The notes under the pieces: generated by a model
The model's input: only the letters and a program-made list of their open reading frames with translations
Told to the model about the DNA's origin: nothing
The model's database searches: none
Origin: Nemertoderma westbladi
Taxonomy: Eukaryota > Animalia > Xenacoelomorpha
Direction: 5' to 3'
Assembly: GCA_032718475.1 (NCBI GenBank)
Contig: JAUCBJ010000639.1
Span: forward strand, 1-46,399
Length of the DNA stretch: 46,399 bases
Position numbers and translations under genes: made by a program
Shown here: positions 10,901 to 23,457 of the stretch, one piece after another
How positions within the stretch are numbered: the stretch's first letter is position 1
How the letters are laid out: each line of letters begins with the position of its first letter

Positions 10901-13900
10901 GTAAATCAATTACAATGCATTCCATTCATTTTGAGCTAACGGTGAAATATTATGATGAACGATAACTCTTTAGGTAATCGTAGGTTCTGGCAGCAATAGA
11001 TCTGTCACAAAACCTCCAAATAGCTAATATGATAATCTGCGACTAAACTGGAGGGCCTGCAACTTCATTACAGACTCCCACTGCGTTGGCGTTCAGATCC
11101 AACCATCTACTGTACACTGTAGCTTGTGGTATGCAGAATCACCTGATTTTGTTGGTATAAATATTTTGACAATTTCTATTCTAAATCCATATTAATTTTT
11201 TGAACAGAGCGTTTTGTGCGAAGCTTAATGAAAGATTTATTTTAGGAGTACTTGCAACGAAATTATGGAAAGAATTAAAAGTCACGAGCCTTGGTTTGGC
11301 ATTGAACAGGAATATACTCTGTTAGATAGAGATGGGCACCCATATGGTTGGCCTAGACAAGGATTCCCTGGTCCTCAGGTAAAGTATAGTGTTAGATAGA
11401 GATGGGCACCCATATGGTTGGCCTAGACAAGGATTCCCTGGTCCTCAGGTAAAGTATAGTGTTAAATAGAGATGGGCACCCATATGGTTGGCCTAGACAA
11501 GGATTCCCTGGTCCACAGGTAAAGTATAGTGTTAGATAGAGATGGGCACCCATATGGTTGGCCTAGACAAGGATTCCCTGGTCCTCAGGTAAAGTATAGT
11601 GTTAGATAGAGATGGGCACCCATATGGTTGGCCTAGACAAGGATTCCCTGGTCCACAGGTAAAGTATAGTGTTAGATAGAGATGGGCACCCATATGGTTG
11701 GCCTAGACAAGGATTCCCTGGTCCTCAGGTAAAGTATAGTCTAACTATTTAAGTATTATATCAGTATATACTGTAGTATCGTATAAAGTAAATAAATGAC
11801 TACAGTATAAGGCCCTAATAAGATGCTAAGAAGGAATATTAAGGCACTTTGATTAGGCCTATAGATTACGTTAAAAAGTATATTGAGGGTATTTCCGGCC
11901 TAACGATGTGCTTCAGCAAAGTACAGTACACTAGTTCTATGGGTAAATTAATACTGAATGTTATTGGGAAATGCCCGTTATGCTGAAGTAACAGATATCC
12001 AGAAACTACAGTCACAAATACTTAGATAACATTGCCCTGCTTTAAAATACGCTAGCAGATGCACAGCTTCTACTAAATAAAGTATAGAGGGCTGCTACCT
12101 GCTAAGGAGGTTGAATTGCATAATGCTACCAAGACCAACTTCATGGCTTTTAATGTTAATGGAAACTTGACAGTGCAGTATAGGCCTCTACATTTATACG
12201 TTGGTGACACTTGGACACTGACGAAATCACTTTACAGCGAATTGATGGTTATTACACAAGGGCAGTCTTAAACATCAGCTGGAGACTACACAATGACAAA
12301 TGCGGAGCTCTATGGTACTATTCCACCTGTATCAACCGCCCTCCGTGAGCGCAGATTAATATTCCGCGGGCACTGCTGGCGAAGTAAAGACGAGGTCATA
12401 CCAGATCTGCTTCTCTGGCAACCAACTCATGGAAAGCGTAGTTGTGGACGACCGGCCATAACATATATAGACCAGCTTCAAAGGGATACTGAACTTGAGA
12501 GAAACCGATGGAGAATCGGGAAGCCTGGAAGGATCACATTTTCACAGCCCGAGCTTGCTCAACCTACAATAGTTGTATTATCAATGGCAGTAATGAATAT
12601 TGTTATACATGTACTGTATTTTTGGGTATGATTACAAGTATATTTGAAAAGACAAGTTCCTTTTTCAGGAAAATTATGTTGTAAGTTCCATAAATAGAGA
12701 CATGCTTATATAAATCGAGGGACACATTTTAGGATGCTACATCATTCGTTGACGTGTAAATAATACCAGTCCCCCCCCCCCCCCCCCCCAGATGTTAAGG
12801 CCCATTCAGATCAATAAGCCATATGAATCTCGATTCATACTCGTGCAATAAGCCTAGTGTATAGGCCTATACAGTAGGCCTACATAAAAACCGTCTAAGA
12901 AAAACTTTATAGGCATATATATTTTATTGCGAATTCCATAAAAAGAAGCCAGCTCAGCAATATTTTCAAGAACTTTATATTCCAGAAACCGTCGAATGGT
13001 GTGATAGACTGACCAATAATATGCCCAGTTGCTGTTGGTTGGGTTGGACTGGTTAGTCTGCTAATCTGTGAAATGCTCTTCGGGGAAACAACAAACAAAT
13101 AAATATAACCTAATCTGAAACCCCCTGATATATTATTTATTTACATCAACACATTGACCTTTTGTAAGAGGATCTCATGTATTTTGTTGTATTTATTTCC
13201 AGGGTCCCTATTATTGCGGTGTTGGTTGCGATAAAGTCTACGGTCGTGAAATAGTTGAAGCCCATTATAAAGCCTGTATTTACGCCGGTATAACAATATC
13301 TGGAACCAACGCGGAAGTCATGCCAAGTCAGTGGGAGTTCCAAGTCGGCCCTTGTGTAGGAGTCGATATCGGTGATCAGCTGTGGATGGCGAGGTTCCTA
13401 TTGCATCGGGTTGCTGAGGACTTTGGTGTTGTTGTCAGCTTTGATCCAAAACCTATTCCTGGTGAGGATTTTGTTAATTATCGTTACTTACAGTAATATT
13501 TTTAAGAGAACAACCGATAACATGACATACTACTGTACAGTATATATCTATAATTGGTCTGTTGCATTACAGGTACGGCTGCACATTGAGATGCTACAGT
13601 AGGCTGGTTTAACAAAATAATTGGAGCCACCACCATGCAATTGGTTTTCTATGCGGCAGCATGCATTAAGAATGCTATGCCGGCTTGTCGACAAAGTTGT
13701 GCTGCACAACTCCCTATCCCTCAGGACTCTTGCGAGATTAGCCGCATCTTCAAGGACAGTGTCTTTTGAGAGAAAGAAAGTCATGGGCTGTCCACCTTGA
13801 TAACTTTCTCTGTGACGCTGCCACAGCCAAAGACCGTTCTACAGTATATCAAGCTATTTTATAATATAAGCAACAACTTTTGAGCTTTTTTAAAAAATAA

Positions 13901-14611
13901 ATATAACTAATCTTTAAAATTCTAATTAAATATTTTAGGGGACTGGAATGGCGCCGGAGCTCATACAAACTTCTCTACTCTAGAAATGCGTGAACCTAAT
14001 GGCTTAGTTGAGATAGAGAAAGCTTGTAATCGATTATCCCTAAGACATAAAGAACATATAGCTGCCTACGATCCAAACCAAGGGGCGGACAATAAACGAA
14101 GGTTTGACGCTCTTTAAAGATTTTGTGATCATCTTAGGTGGATTACTGAGCAAAAAAAACAACGAAAAACAAAATCACAAGCAAATAGGATCTGTCCTAC
14201 TATATAGACCTACAGTTCTACGAAGTATGTAAAAGAAACCGGTATATGTAAAAAATAAGTAACTACAGCCAAAAATATTTATTTCCCTTAATTAATAATT
14301 AACCTCCCGCCACCCCCCCCCCCCCCCCCCCCCCCTTCTCCATCTACCAGTGTTGTATATCGCAAGATTTTTGACCGCGGCCACTATGTAATAATTTATC
14401 ATTTAAAATCCATAGGTTAACCGGAAAACACGAAACAGCTCACATAGACGACTTCTCTTGGGGTGTGGCTAATAGGGGGGCGAGTATTCGGGTTCCGAGA
14501 CAGGTCGCTGCCGATAAATGTGGATACTTGGAGGATAGGAGACCATCCTCCAACTGCGACCCGTATTCCGTTACTGAGATTATTATTCGTACAGTGGTTC
14601 TTGGAGAATAA
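10554..14611 (+). CDS. GLUL: Glutamine synthetase, type II, 365 aa; join(10554..10900,11246..11378,13203..13461,13939..14101,14416..14611)
   Basis: Motifs [91 protein letters not shown] and YLEDRRP. All introns are GT-AG with consistent phases. The spliced CDS is 1098 nt with no internal stop. Confidence 0.96.
11246..11378 (+). CDS. GLUL: GS coding exon 2
   Basis: tttattttag| [23 protein letters not shown]...FPGPQ |gtaaag. Confidence 0.93.
11321..11740 (+). repeat. Six near-identical 70-bp tandem units spanning the exon-2 3' end and splice donor
   Basis: Unit gttagatagagatgggcacc...ggtcctcag|gtaaagtatagt starts at 11321, 11391, 11461, 11531, 11601 and 11671. Confidence 0.97.
11990..12565 (+). 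mobile_element. RTE-like LINE family B 3' fragment in GS intron 2
   Basis: MTNAELYG...[29 protein letters not shown] matches 16368-16898. Confidence 0.85.
13203..13461 (+). CDS. GLUL: GS coding exon 3
   Basis: tttccag| GPYYCGVG...FDPKPIP |gtgagg. Confidence 0.95.
13628..13830 (-). mobile_element. RTE-like family A 3'-end fragment in GS intron 3
   Basis: Matches 19985-20165. Short (TGG)n tail at ~13628-13636. Confidence 0.8.
13939..14101 (+). CDS. GLUL: GS coding exon 4
   Basis: ttttag| [13 protein letters not shown]...[11 protein letters not shown] |gtttga. Confidence 0.95.
14416..14611 (+). CDS. GLUL: GS coding exon 5
   Basis: catag| LTGKHETA...[16 protein letters not shown]...VLGE*. Confidence 0.95.
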
Positions 14612-15154
14612 GTTGGAATTTTTTGGCCTACACTATTAAATGTAGACTGTGGAGATATCATGGGAATTTCAGACATTTAAAAACGTAATCAATTATCGCT
14701 TCTTACAGTAGTAAGTAGCCTAGAGTATAATCAGCTAAAAATTACCTAATATTTAACATGTAATTTATAACAGAGAAAATCTAACTCATGGTATAGCTGG
14801 CATTAATTGGAATATAATGTACTGTACACAATTTTTTTTAATTGGAATTTTCCAATTAAATTCGAAAGTTTTTAAATATTTGAAATCCTTACAAAGCCAG
14901 TTTTATTTTCTAACAATACTTACAAATCACTACTTGCTAATAAGGTTGAAGAATACCTAACTGCTGCTGTGAGTCTGGTGCATATGACACGATAATCCAG
15001 GCCAGGGTGTAATGTAGACTGCTATTTGGTGAATTCAAATTTCCCGCTTTAATGTGTAAATGGCATCGTTGAAGAGCAGATTATCGCGAGGATGGAGGAT
15101 ATCGTGCGTTACAGGTTTAAAGCCAGAGAATTTACTATGTTTTATATGGAATAC

Positions 15155-15345
15155 GTTCTGGTTCCCACGTAGCAGTCTCTCAACAGGATCCCTGATGGGT
15201 TTTAATATAATTCTATTGTATGGCTTTGTAGCAATCGAGATAAATGAGACTTCACGAAAGAATCCATTGGTTGTTAGGTTCCCCTTTTTGGGGCACCAAC
15301 TTATTTGTTTTCAGTTCTTGGGGGACTCTTTTTGCCCTATACATG
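15155..15345 (-). mobile_element. Diverged RTE-like family A fragment
   Basis: Reverse complement resembles 18750-18935. Confidence 0.7.
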
Positions 15346-18300
15346 TCCACAATAATGGGGTGAATGAACTCTAAACACTCAAAGAAATTTAAAGACCTGT
15401 CAATCATTATCCGTGTAATGTAGTTTCCAGTTCATCCGATACACTAGGGGCGCCTAATTTTTGTATAGTCTAAAAAGGTGGCCGGTCTAAGGGGGCGAAG
15501 GGGGTTACGGTCATCAGTTTATATAGGTCTCGGTAAAAATTAGTGTAACTTCGGTCACTGTTAATAAGCAGTAACTACTGTTCTTTGATATATACACCCA
15601 GGAATGAAAAGATATAAAAACAGGGTAAAAGAAGAAATTAAAAAAAAATCATTTTAGAATCGTTTACAAAAATAGATACTTCTTTGAACATTTGAAAATA
15701 TTAATAATAAAACACTAAGACTGAAAATAATAATGAGACCTTGAAAATAACATAAAAATCTGCAAACACCAGACAATACGGTCTTTGGGAAAATACCGTC
15801 AAAGAACTGGTCTTTGAAAGAAGAGTGTTATATAGAAAGACAAAAGACTGTACAAGTAATCTAATAAGTCGCTTTCTCGCTTAACTTAGAAACTTTTGGC
15901 GCAGCGAACACTAAGACTTTGTTACAATACTTCCTAAAATATCGGTGGAAGAATTACGGGCAGTTGCAAGGGCGATAATAGGTGAACTGAAACTATTTCG
16001 CCTTTAAGCTAGTATACCTTTTTGAAGCGGTGGAACCTTTTTATTTGCTGTCCATTATCACCTCAGATATATAATTTCCGATTTTATTATGGATTTGACT
16101 ACCTAGGACAACCTGGACTTTAATATCTTTACTGGCCTACCCTGTATACAGTATATTTATTATATTGGTACTTTATTGGCGAATAATTAATTTTATAATA
16201 CTAGGATATGTTGATTTATTTATTATGTAATTTATATTATGCACTACTACTACTACTACTACTACTACTAGGTCGAGCGAACTCGCACAGTGGAAATGAG
16301 ATCCTTCCAGGTTTCCCGATTCTCCATAGTTGTCGCAATCTCGTTTCTCCCAAGTTCAGTATCACTTTCAAGTTGTTATGGCCGGTCGTCCACGACTACG
16401 CTTTCCATGAGTTGGTTGCCAGAAAAGTAGATCTTGTATGACCTCGTCTTTACTTCGCCAGCAGTGCCCACTGAATCTTAATCTGGGTTCATGGAGGGTG
16501 GTTGAGGTAGTATTGTAACCATAAAGCTCAGCGTTTGTCATGTGTTGTCTCCAGCTGATGTTTAGGGCTGCCCTTAGTAGTCTTGTGTAGCAATCATCAA
16601 TTCGTTGATCAAGTGATTTAGTCAATGTCCAGGTCTCACCCCCATATAAAAATACACTTTCCACTGTGGCTGGAAAGAACTTAGTCTTCAGGTGCCTGGA
16701 AAGATCTGATTTCCAGATGGTATCCATTTTTGATAGAGCTATCCAAGCCTTTGCTTTCCTAACTTCTATGTCCTTTTTGCTACTCTCTATCCATGATCCA
16801 AGGTACTGGAAGTCGTCGACCTTCCTTAGTTGATTATTATCAATGGTTGTCAAGTTTCCATCAACATTAAAGGTCATGAATTCGGTCTTTGGTAGCATCT
16901 ATATGCAATCCAACCTCCTTAGCAGCCCTCTCCACTTTATTTAGTAGAAGCTGTGCATCTGCTAGCGTATTAGAGACAGGGTGATGTCATCCACAAAGTT
17001 GGTGTCTGTGACTGTAGTTGCCGGATATCTACTACTTCTGCGTTCTTTAAGTGTGAATCCCAAATCTTCACCCGTTGTGGCCGTCCTCATTGCGTAATCC
17101 AGCACTATTACAAATAGTAATGGTGCTAATGTGTCACCTTGCAGTGCACCAGCCAGGATTGAGAAAAACTCAGTTTCACCATCTGGTGAGAGTACCTGCG
17201 CTTCTGTGTCACAATATAACAATACAATGCAGCAACAATTACTTCTGGTATTCCATAAGCTCTTAGGATTTCAAGAATTTTACCTCTATGGATGGAGTCG
17301 AATGCCTTCTTGATGTCCACAAAAGTCACGACTGCGGGGAGATTCTTTGACTTAATTCCTTCAATCAGTCTACGTAGTGCAAGTATCTGAGCTATTGTTA
17401 ATCTATTTGGTCGAAATCCGTTTTGGCTCTTACGCAGTAGTTTTCACTATGTGAGGCCTAATCCTATATAGAATCATTTTATTGTATATTTTGGCAGCTA
17501 CCACAAGCAGACAGATCCCACGATAGTTTGTTGGTATGCCGAGGTCTCCTTTCTTGGGGAGAGGCTTTCGTTGACCTTTAGTCCAAATTGGTGGTGGCTT
17601 TTCCCCTTTTAATATCCGGTTGCAAACATTCAATAATGGTCTGTTTAGCACTCCGGTTTTCCATACCTCCGTGGGGATTTCATCTAATCCACTCGCTTTA
17701 TTATTGGACATGCTTTTAATGCTTCTTTGGAGTTCGGCAGGTGTGAAGTCCCCTGTTTCTATAGGTAGTGCCTTGTCATATATTTTCCTTGTAGGTCTGA
17801 CCTCGATGTTTGGTGGCTGGCTGCCCAAGCTAGTTGCTGAAGTGATTTTTCCACTTCCCAACACGTTCTTCAGGACTATCGGCTTTGAGGCGCCCCTTTG
17901 CACAACTTTTCCGACTAGATACCCCATTTGCAGTTTGCCAGGTATGTCTTGATTGTTGCTGTATGTGAGCAGTTGTAAGTGCTTCAATTTTATCCTGTAT
18001 GTAATTTTCCTGGCTGATGTTGTAGGACAATTTAAGATCGTCCTTAGCTTTCTCAACCTTGTTAATGTTTTCGGTTGTTGGTTGTTCGGTTTTAACTTTA
18101 TAGTTAACTTTATAGACCTTCTCTCTTACAAGTAACCTCAGAGTTTTTCCATGACACATACTGTTTTCGTTTGGGTTTCAGGGGGATATGCCTCTTAGCT
18201 GATTCCTTGTGGGCTGTTATTATACAGTATTCTGGTACATTGAATCGGTGGACTGGTCTTCATCCATTGACTGAAGTGCTTCAAAGCGGTTTTGAACTTT

Positions 18301-18734
18301 TACTGTGCAAGCATCCTTTACAGCATTGTCAGTTCTGAGTTTCTCCCAGTCATAGTTGATTTTCTTGCTTGTCCTGGGTTGGCTGACTCTCAAACTGAGT
18401 CTGATCTCTGCAGTCACAATTCTGTGGTCCGAACCAATTAGGTTGAACGAGCTGTATGCTTCGCAGTTGATCATGCTGTTTCTCCACTTTTTGTTTATAA
18501 GGATGTAATCCAGTTGTGCTTTGGTTCCAATAGGGTATTGAAATTCCATAGCTTCCCCTTACTCTTTTCGAATGTGTTGTTTGTTGGTATCAATTCACAT
18601 TCTTCCATTAGGTCTAAAAGGAAGTACCCATTTCTGTTAGAACTGGTGTTATAGGTGTAACCCTTGATGTCTTCTGGGCCAATTTGCGCATTCAGGTCGC
18701 CTGCAATGACTTTAACATTGTGTTTCGGAATGTC

Positions 18735-20151
18735 AGACATGTACCGAACAACAAGAGTCCCACAAGAAATGAAAACAAATAAGTTGGTGCCAGTTCCCAA
18801 GAAGGGCAACCTAACACTCTATGGTTCTTTTCGGGGAATCTCATTGATCTCGATTGCTGCAAAGCTATACAATATGATTCTATTAAATCGCATCAGGGAT
18901 CCCATTGAGAGACTGCTCCGTGGAAATCAGAATGGGTTCCGTAAAGGTCGTGGGACCATGAAGCCCATTTTGGCACTTAGAAGGATAATTGAAGAATTAT
19001 CAAAAAAGAAAGACAGGCATCTGGCTGTTATCTTTGTTGACTTCTTCAAGGCCTTTGATTCAGTCTCTCGGTCACGTATGTTCAGCATACTTTCATTATA
19101 TGGGATTCCTGATGAAATTATTGCAGCAATCAGATCAGTATACGATGGTTCGACAACATTTGTGTCTACTGTTGACGGTGACACAGAACCATTTGAAGTG
19201 TTATGGGGCGTCCTCCAAGGAGACACACTTGCACCATTCTTGTTCATTATTGTGGTTGACTATGTTCTACGCATGTCCTTAGATCATCATAATGATGATG
19301 GGGTGATGATAACTCCACCTACTGGCTCCAGAAGTCGAGGAAATCCTGCCAAGTACCTAACTGATCTAGACTTTGCTGATGACTTAGGAGTACTCTCAGA
19401 ATCATTAGAGGGAGCCCAACGGCTCCTCAGCTCATTAGAACATGCTGCTTCTAGTGTTGGTCTTTTTATTAACTCCAGAAAGACCAAAATTCTGACTGTT
19501 AACTTTGAAAGTCCTCAGCAAGTCTCTGATCGGATGAGCATAAGCTCAAAGGATGGTATGCTTGAGCATGTGGACGACTTCTGTTACCTGGGATCATGGA
19601 TCCGGAAGTCAGGTGAGGACCTTCGAATACGTAAGGGAAAGGCATGGGCAGCCTTGAATAGGCTTTCCAGGATTTGGAAGTCACCTAGAATTAATCGGAA
19701 ACTTAAGGTCCGATTATTTAGAGCAGCAGTAGTTCCAGTACTCCTTTACGGGAGTCCATGCTGGGCTCTAACTGCTGAGGACACCAAATCTCTGGATGGC
19801 ACATTCACAAGAATGCTACGCCGGGTTCATTGTGTCAAGTACAATGCACACATCTCCAACCAGACACTATATAACATTGGAGGTGTCTCATTGGTTCCCC
19901 CAAGCTTGACACTAGAACAAAATCGCCTCCGCTTTGCAGGACATTGCTTTCGCCGTGAGGACCAGCCAGTGCAAAATCTTGTACTTTGGCAGCCTCATGG
20001 AGTGAATAAGCATGGTGGACAGCCCATGACTTTCTTGAGACGCATCTTAAAGGACACTGGCCTTAAAGATGCGGATGATCTAGCAAATGTCATGGGTGAT
20101 AGGGAGTTGTGGCGGTGCAATTTTGTTGACAAGCCGGCACAGCATTCTTAA
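18735..20151 (+). CDS. Non-LTR reverse transcriptase (5'-truncated, frame open)
   Basis: PKKG, RGISL, QNGFRKGR, DFFKAFDSV, GVLQGDTLAPFLF, FADD, YLGS and RLRFAGHC. Confidence 0.9.
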
Positions 20152-20187
20152 AAATGCAGCTGCAATGCAGCATGCCGATCCTAGTAG
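18735..20187 (+). mobile_element. RTE-like LINE family A, 5'-truncated, recent
   Basis: 11-bp TSD TTCGGAATGTC at 18724-18734 and 20188-20198. RT frame is open. Confidence 0.93.
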
Positions 20188-20994
20188 TTCGGAATGTCCT
20201 TTATAAATCCAGTCAGATCTTCATAAAAGTTGACTGCTTGTTCTCGCTCTGAGGCATTGGTTGGACTGTAGCAACATGCACTACTAAATTCAATTTATAA
20301 AGCAAAATAATTTTTCTATATTATAATATCAATTTAATAGATATGAAATATACGTTTACAGTAGTTATTTAATAAAATAAGATGTACCAATGAGGAAGAG
20401 CGATCAGCAATGCGTAATACTGAACGAGGTCGGACAGCGAATACAGCGCGCTAGAATGAGATTCAACAACATAGGAAAATCTAACCCCATACGCCTAAAT
20501 GTTTAATGACATTTAAAAAACATACAAGGGAAACCCGTAGGGATTACAGTACTATCATTAGAGTTTAAGGCAGATGATATGCATATTACTTGCTAGAAAT
20601 ATTGAGTAAAACCTCAAATACGGAATTTCACCAGATGTTAAATTCATGTTAATAATAATAATGTCAATATTTTATATTTTATTCAATAAATTAATTTTTC
20701 AAACAGGTGCATCAAGAAAATTTCCCATTATATATTTCATTTCAGTTCATGATTTACTTATCATGTTTGTAGGCCTACATTAGGCAGCATGCACCATGAT
20801 AAGCAAAATTATAAATCACGGCTGATTTGCATCTTAATAACATCAATTCGAACTCGCATATGGTGAAACTTATATCAGCATTCATTATAATCTCCGGTTT
20901 GCAGTTTATATGACCAAAACTACCGATTTAGATTTAATTGGTTACATACAGTTTAGTCAACCATAAAATCACAGGTTGTACACAGGCCTACAAC

Positions 20995-22255
20995 CCTACA
21001 TACATGGTACATACTGTCTGCTACTGATACGAATACAGATCCACATCAAACTGTATAATTATCATACAGGAGGCCTACATACATAGTACATACTGTACCA
21101 ACTGATACGAATACAGATCCACATCAAACTGTATAATTATCATACAGGAGGCCTACATACATAGTACATACTGTACCAACTGATACGAATACAGATCCAC
21201 ATCAAAATGTATAATTATCATACAGTAGGCCTATATACATAGTACATACTGTACCAACTGATACGAATACAGATCCACATCAAACAACTGTATAATTATC
21301 ATACAGTAGGCCTGAATACAGATCCACATCAAACTGTATAATTATCATACAGGAGGCCTACATACATAGTACATACTGTACCAACTGATACGAATACAGA
21401 TCCACATCAAAATGTATAATTATCATACAGTAGGCCTACATACATAGTACATACTGTACCAACTGATACGAATACAGATCCACATCAAACAACTGTATAA
21501 TTATCATACAGTAGGCCTACATACATAGTACATACTGTACCAACTGATACGAATACAGATCCCAATCAAAATGTATAATTATCATACAGTAGGCCTACAT
21601 ACATAGTACATACTGTACCAACTGATACGAATACAGAACCACATCAAACTGTATAATTATCATACAGTAGGCCTACATACATCGTACATACTGTACCAAC
21701 TGATACGAATACAGAACCACATCAAAATGTATAATTATCATACAGTAGGCCTACATACATAGTACATACTGTACCAACTGATACGAATACAGATCCACAT
21801 CAAACAACTGTATAATTATCATACAGTAGGCCTACATACATAGTACATATTGTACCAACTGATACGAATACAGAACCACATCAAAATGTATAATTATCAT
21901 ACAGTAGGCCTACATACATAGTACATACTGTACCAACTGATACGAATACAGATCCACATCAAACAACTGTATAATTATCATACAGTAGGCCTACATACAT
22001 AGTACATATTGTACCAACTGATACGAATACAGATCCACATCAAAATGCATAATTATCATACAGTAGGCCTACATACATCGTACATACTGATACAAATACA
22101 GAACCACACCAAACTGTATAATTATCATACAGTAGGCCTACATACATAGTACATACTGTACCTACTGATACGAATACAGATCCACATCAAACAGTATAAT
22201 TATCATACAGAAGGCCTACATACATAGTACATACTGTACCTACTGATACGAATAC
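20995..22255. repeat. 78-bp satellite array (~16 units), left part
   Basis: Unit tacagatccacatcaaactgtataattatcatacagtaggcctacatacatagtacatactgtaccaactgatacgaa, with +3 bp and deletion variants. Confidence 0.96.
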
Positions 22256-23457
22256 CCACCACCACCACCAGGATCGGCATGCTGCATTGCAGCTGCATTT
22301 TTAAGAATGCTGTGCCGGCTTGTCAACAAAATTGCACCGCCACAACTCCCTATCACCCATGACATTTGCTAGATCATCCGCATCTTTAAGGCCAGTGTCC
22401 TTTAAGATGCGTCTCAAGAAAGTCATGGGCTGTCCACCATGCTTATTCACTCCATATGAGGCTGCCAAAGTACAAGATTATGCACTGGCTGGTCCTCACG
22501 GCGAAAGCAATGTCCTGCAAAGCGGAGGCGATTTTGTTCTAGTGTCAAGCTTGGGGGAACCAATGAGACACCTCCAATGTTATATAGTGTCTGGTTGGAA
22601 ATGTGTGCATTGTACTTGACACAATGTACCCGGCGTAGCATTCTTGTAAATGTGCCATCCAGAGATTTGGTGTCCTCAGCAGTTAGAGCCCAGCATGGAC
22701 TCCCGTAGAGGAGTACTGGAACTACTGCTGCTCTAAATAATCGGACCTTAAGTTTCCGATTAATTCTTGGTGACTTCCAAATCCTGGAAAGCCTATTCAA
22801 GGCTGCCCATGCCTTTCCCTTACGTATTCGAAGGTCCTCACCTGACTTCCGGATCCATGATCCCAGGTAACAGAAGTCGTCCACATGCTCAAGCATACCA
22901 TCCTTTGAGCTTATGCTCATCCGATCAGAGACTTGCTGAGGACTTTCAAAGTTAACTGTCAGAATTTTGGTCTTTCTGGAGTTAATAAAAAGACCAACAC
23001 TAGAAGCAGCATGTTCTAATGAGCTGAGGAGCCGTTGGGCTCCCTCTAATGATTCTGAGAGTACTCCTAAGTCATCAGCAAAGTCTAGATCAGTTAGGTA
23101 CTTGGCAGGATTTCCTCGACTTCTGGAGCCAGTTAGGAGTTATCCTGGAGGAGTTATCATCACCCCATCATCATTATAATGATCTAAGGACATGCGTAGA
23201 ACATAGTCAACCACAATAATGAACAAGAATGGTGCAAGTGTGTCTCCTTGGAGGACGCCCCATAACACTTCAAATGGTTCTGTGTCACCGTCAACAGTAG
23301 ACACAAATGTTGTCGAACCATCGTATACTGATCTGATTGCTGCAATAATTTCATCAGGAATCCCATATAATGAAAGTATGCTGAACATACGTGAGCGAGA
23401 GACTGAATCAAAGGCCTTAAAGAAGTCAACAAAGATAACAGCCAGATGCCTGTCTTT
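22256..23457 (-). mobile_element. RTE-like family A copy (3' part), inserted in the satellite and split by BEL copy 2
   Basis: Nearly identical inverted copy of ~19010-20181. (TGG)n tail at 22257-22271. Confidence 0.93.

Larger units (their letters stand above)
16243..20275 (-). mobile_element. RTE-like LINE family B, 5'-truncated and frameshifted, interrupted by a family A copy
   Basis: APE motifs (CYSPTN at ~20260, AGDLNAQIG, QLDYILI, SDH) and RT motifs (QGDTLAP, YLGS). (TAG)n tail at 16243-16270. TSD ATGCACTACTA at 16239-16249 and 20276-20286. Confidence 0.92.

Noticed and set aside
11201-11245. Alternative GS acceptor at gaacag (11207)
   Set aside because: It is 38 nt upstream of the in-frame acceptor and shifts the frame.
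18664-18734. N-terminus of the 495-aa ORF
   Set aside because: It lies upstream of and within the TSD and is antisense family B endonuclease sequence that happens to be in frame.
20995-22255. Regular repeat array as CRISPR
   Set aside because: Head-to-tail units without unique spacers, no cas genes and a eukaryotic context.
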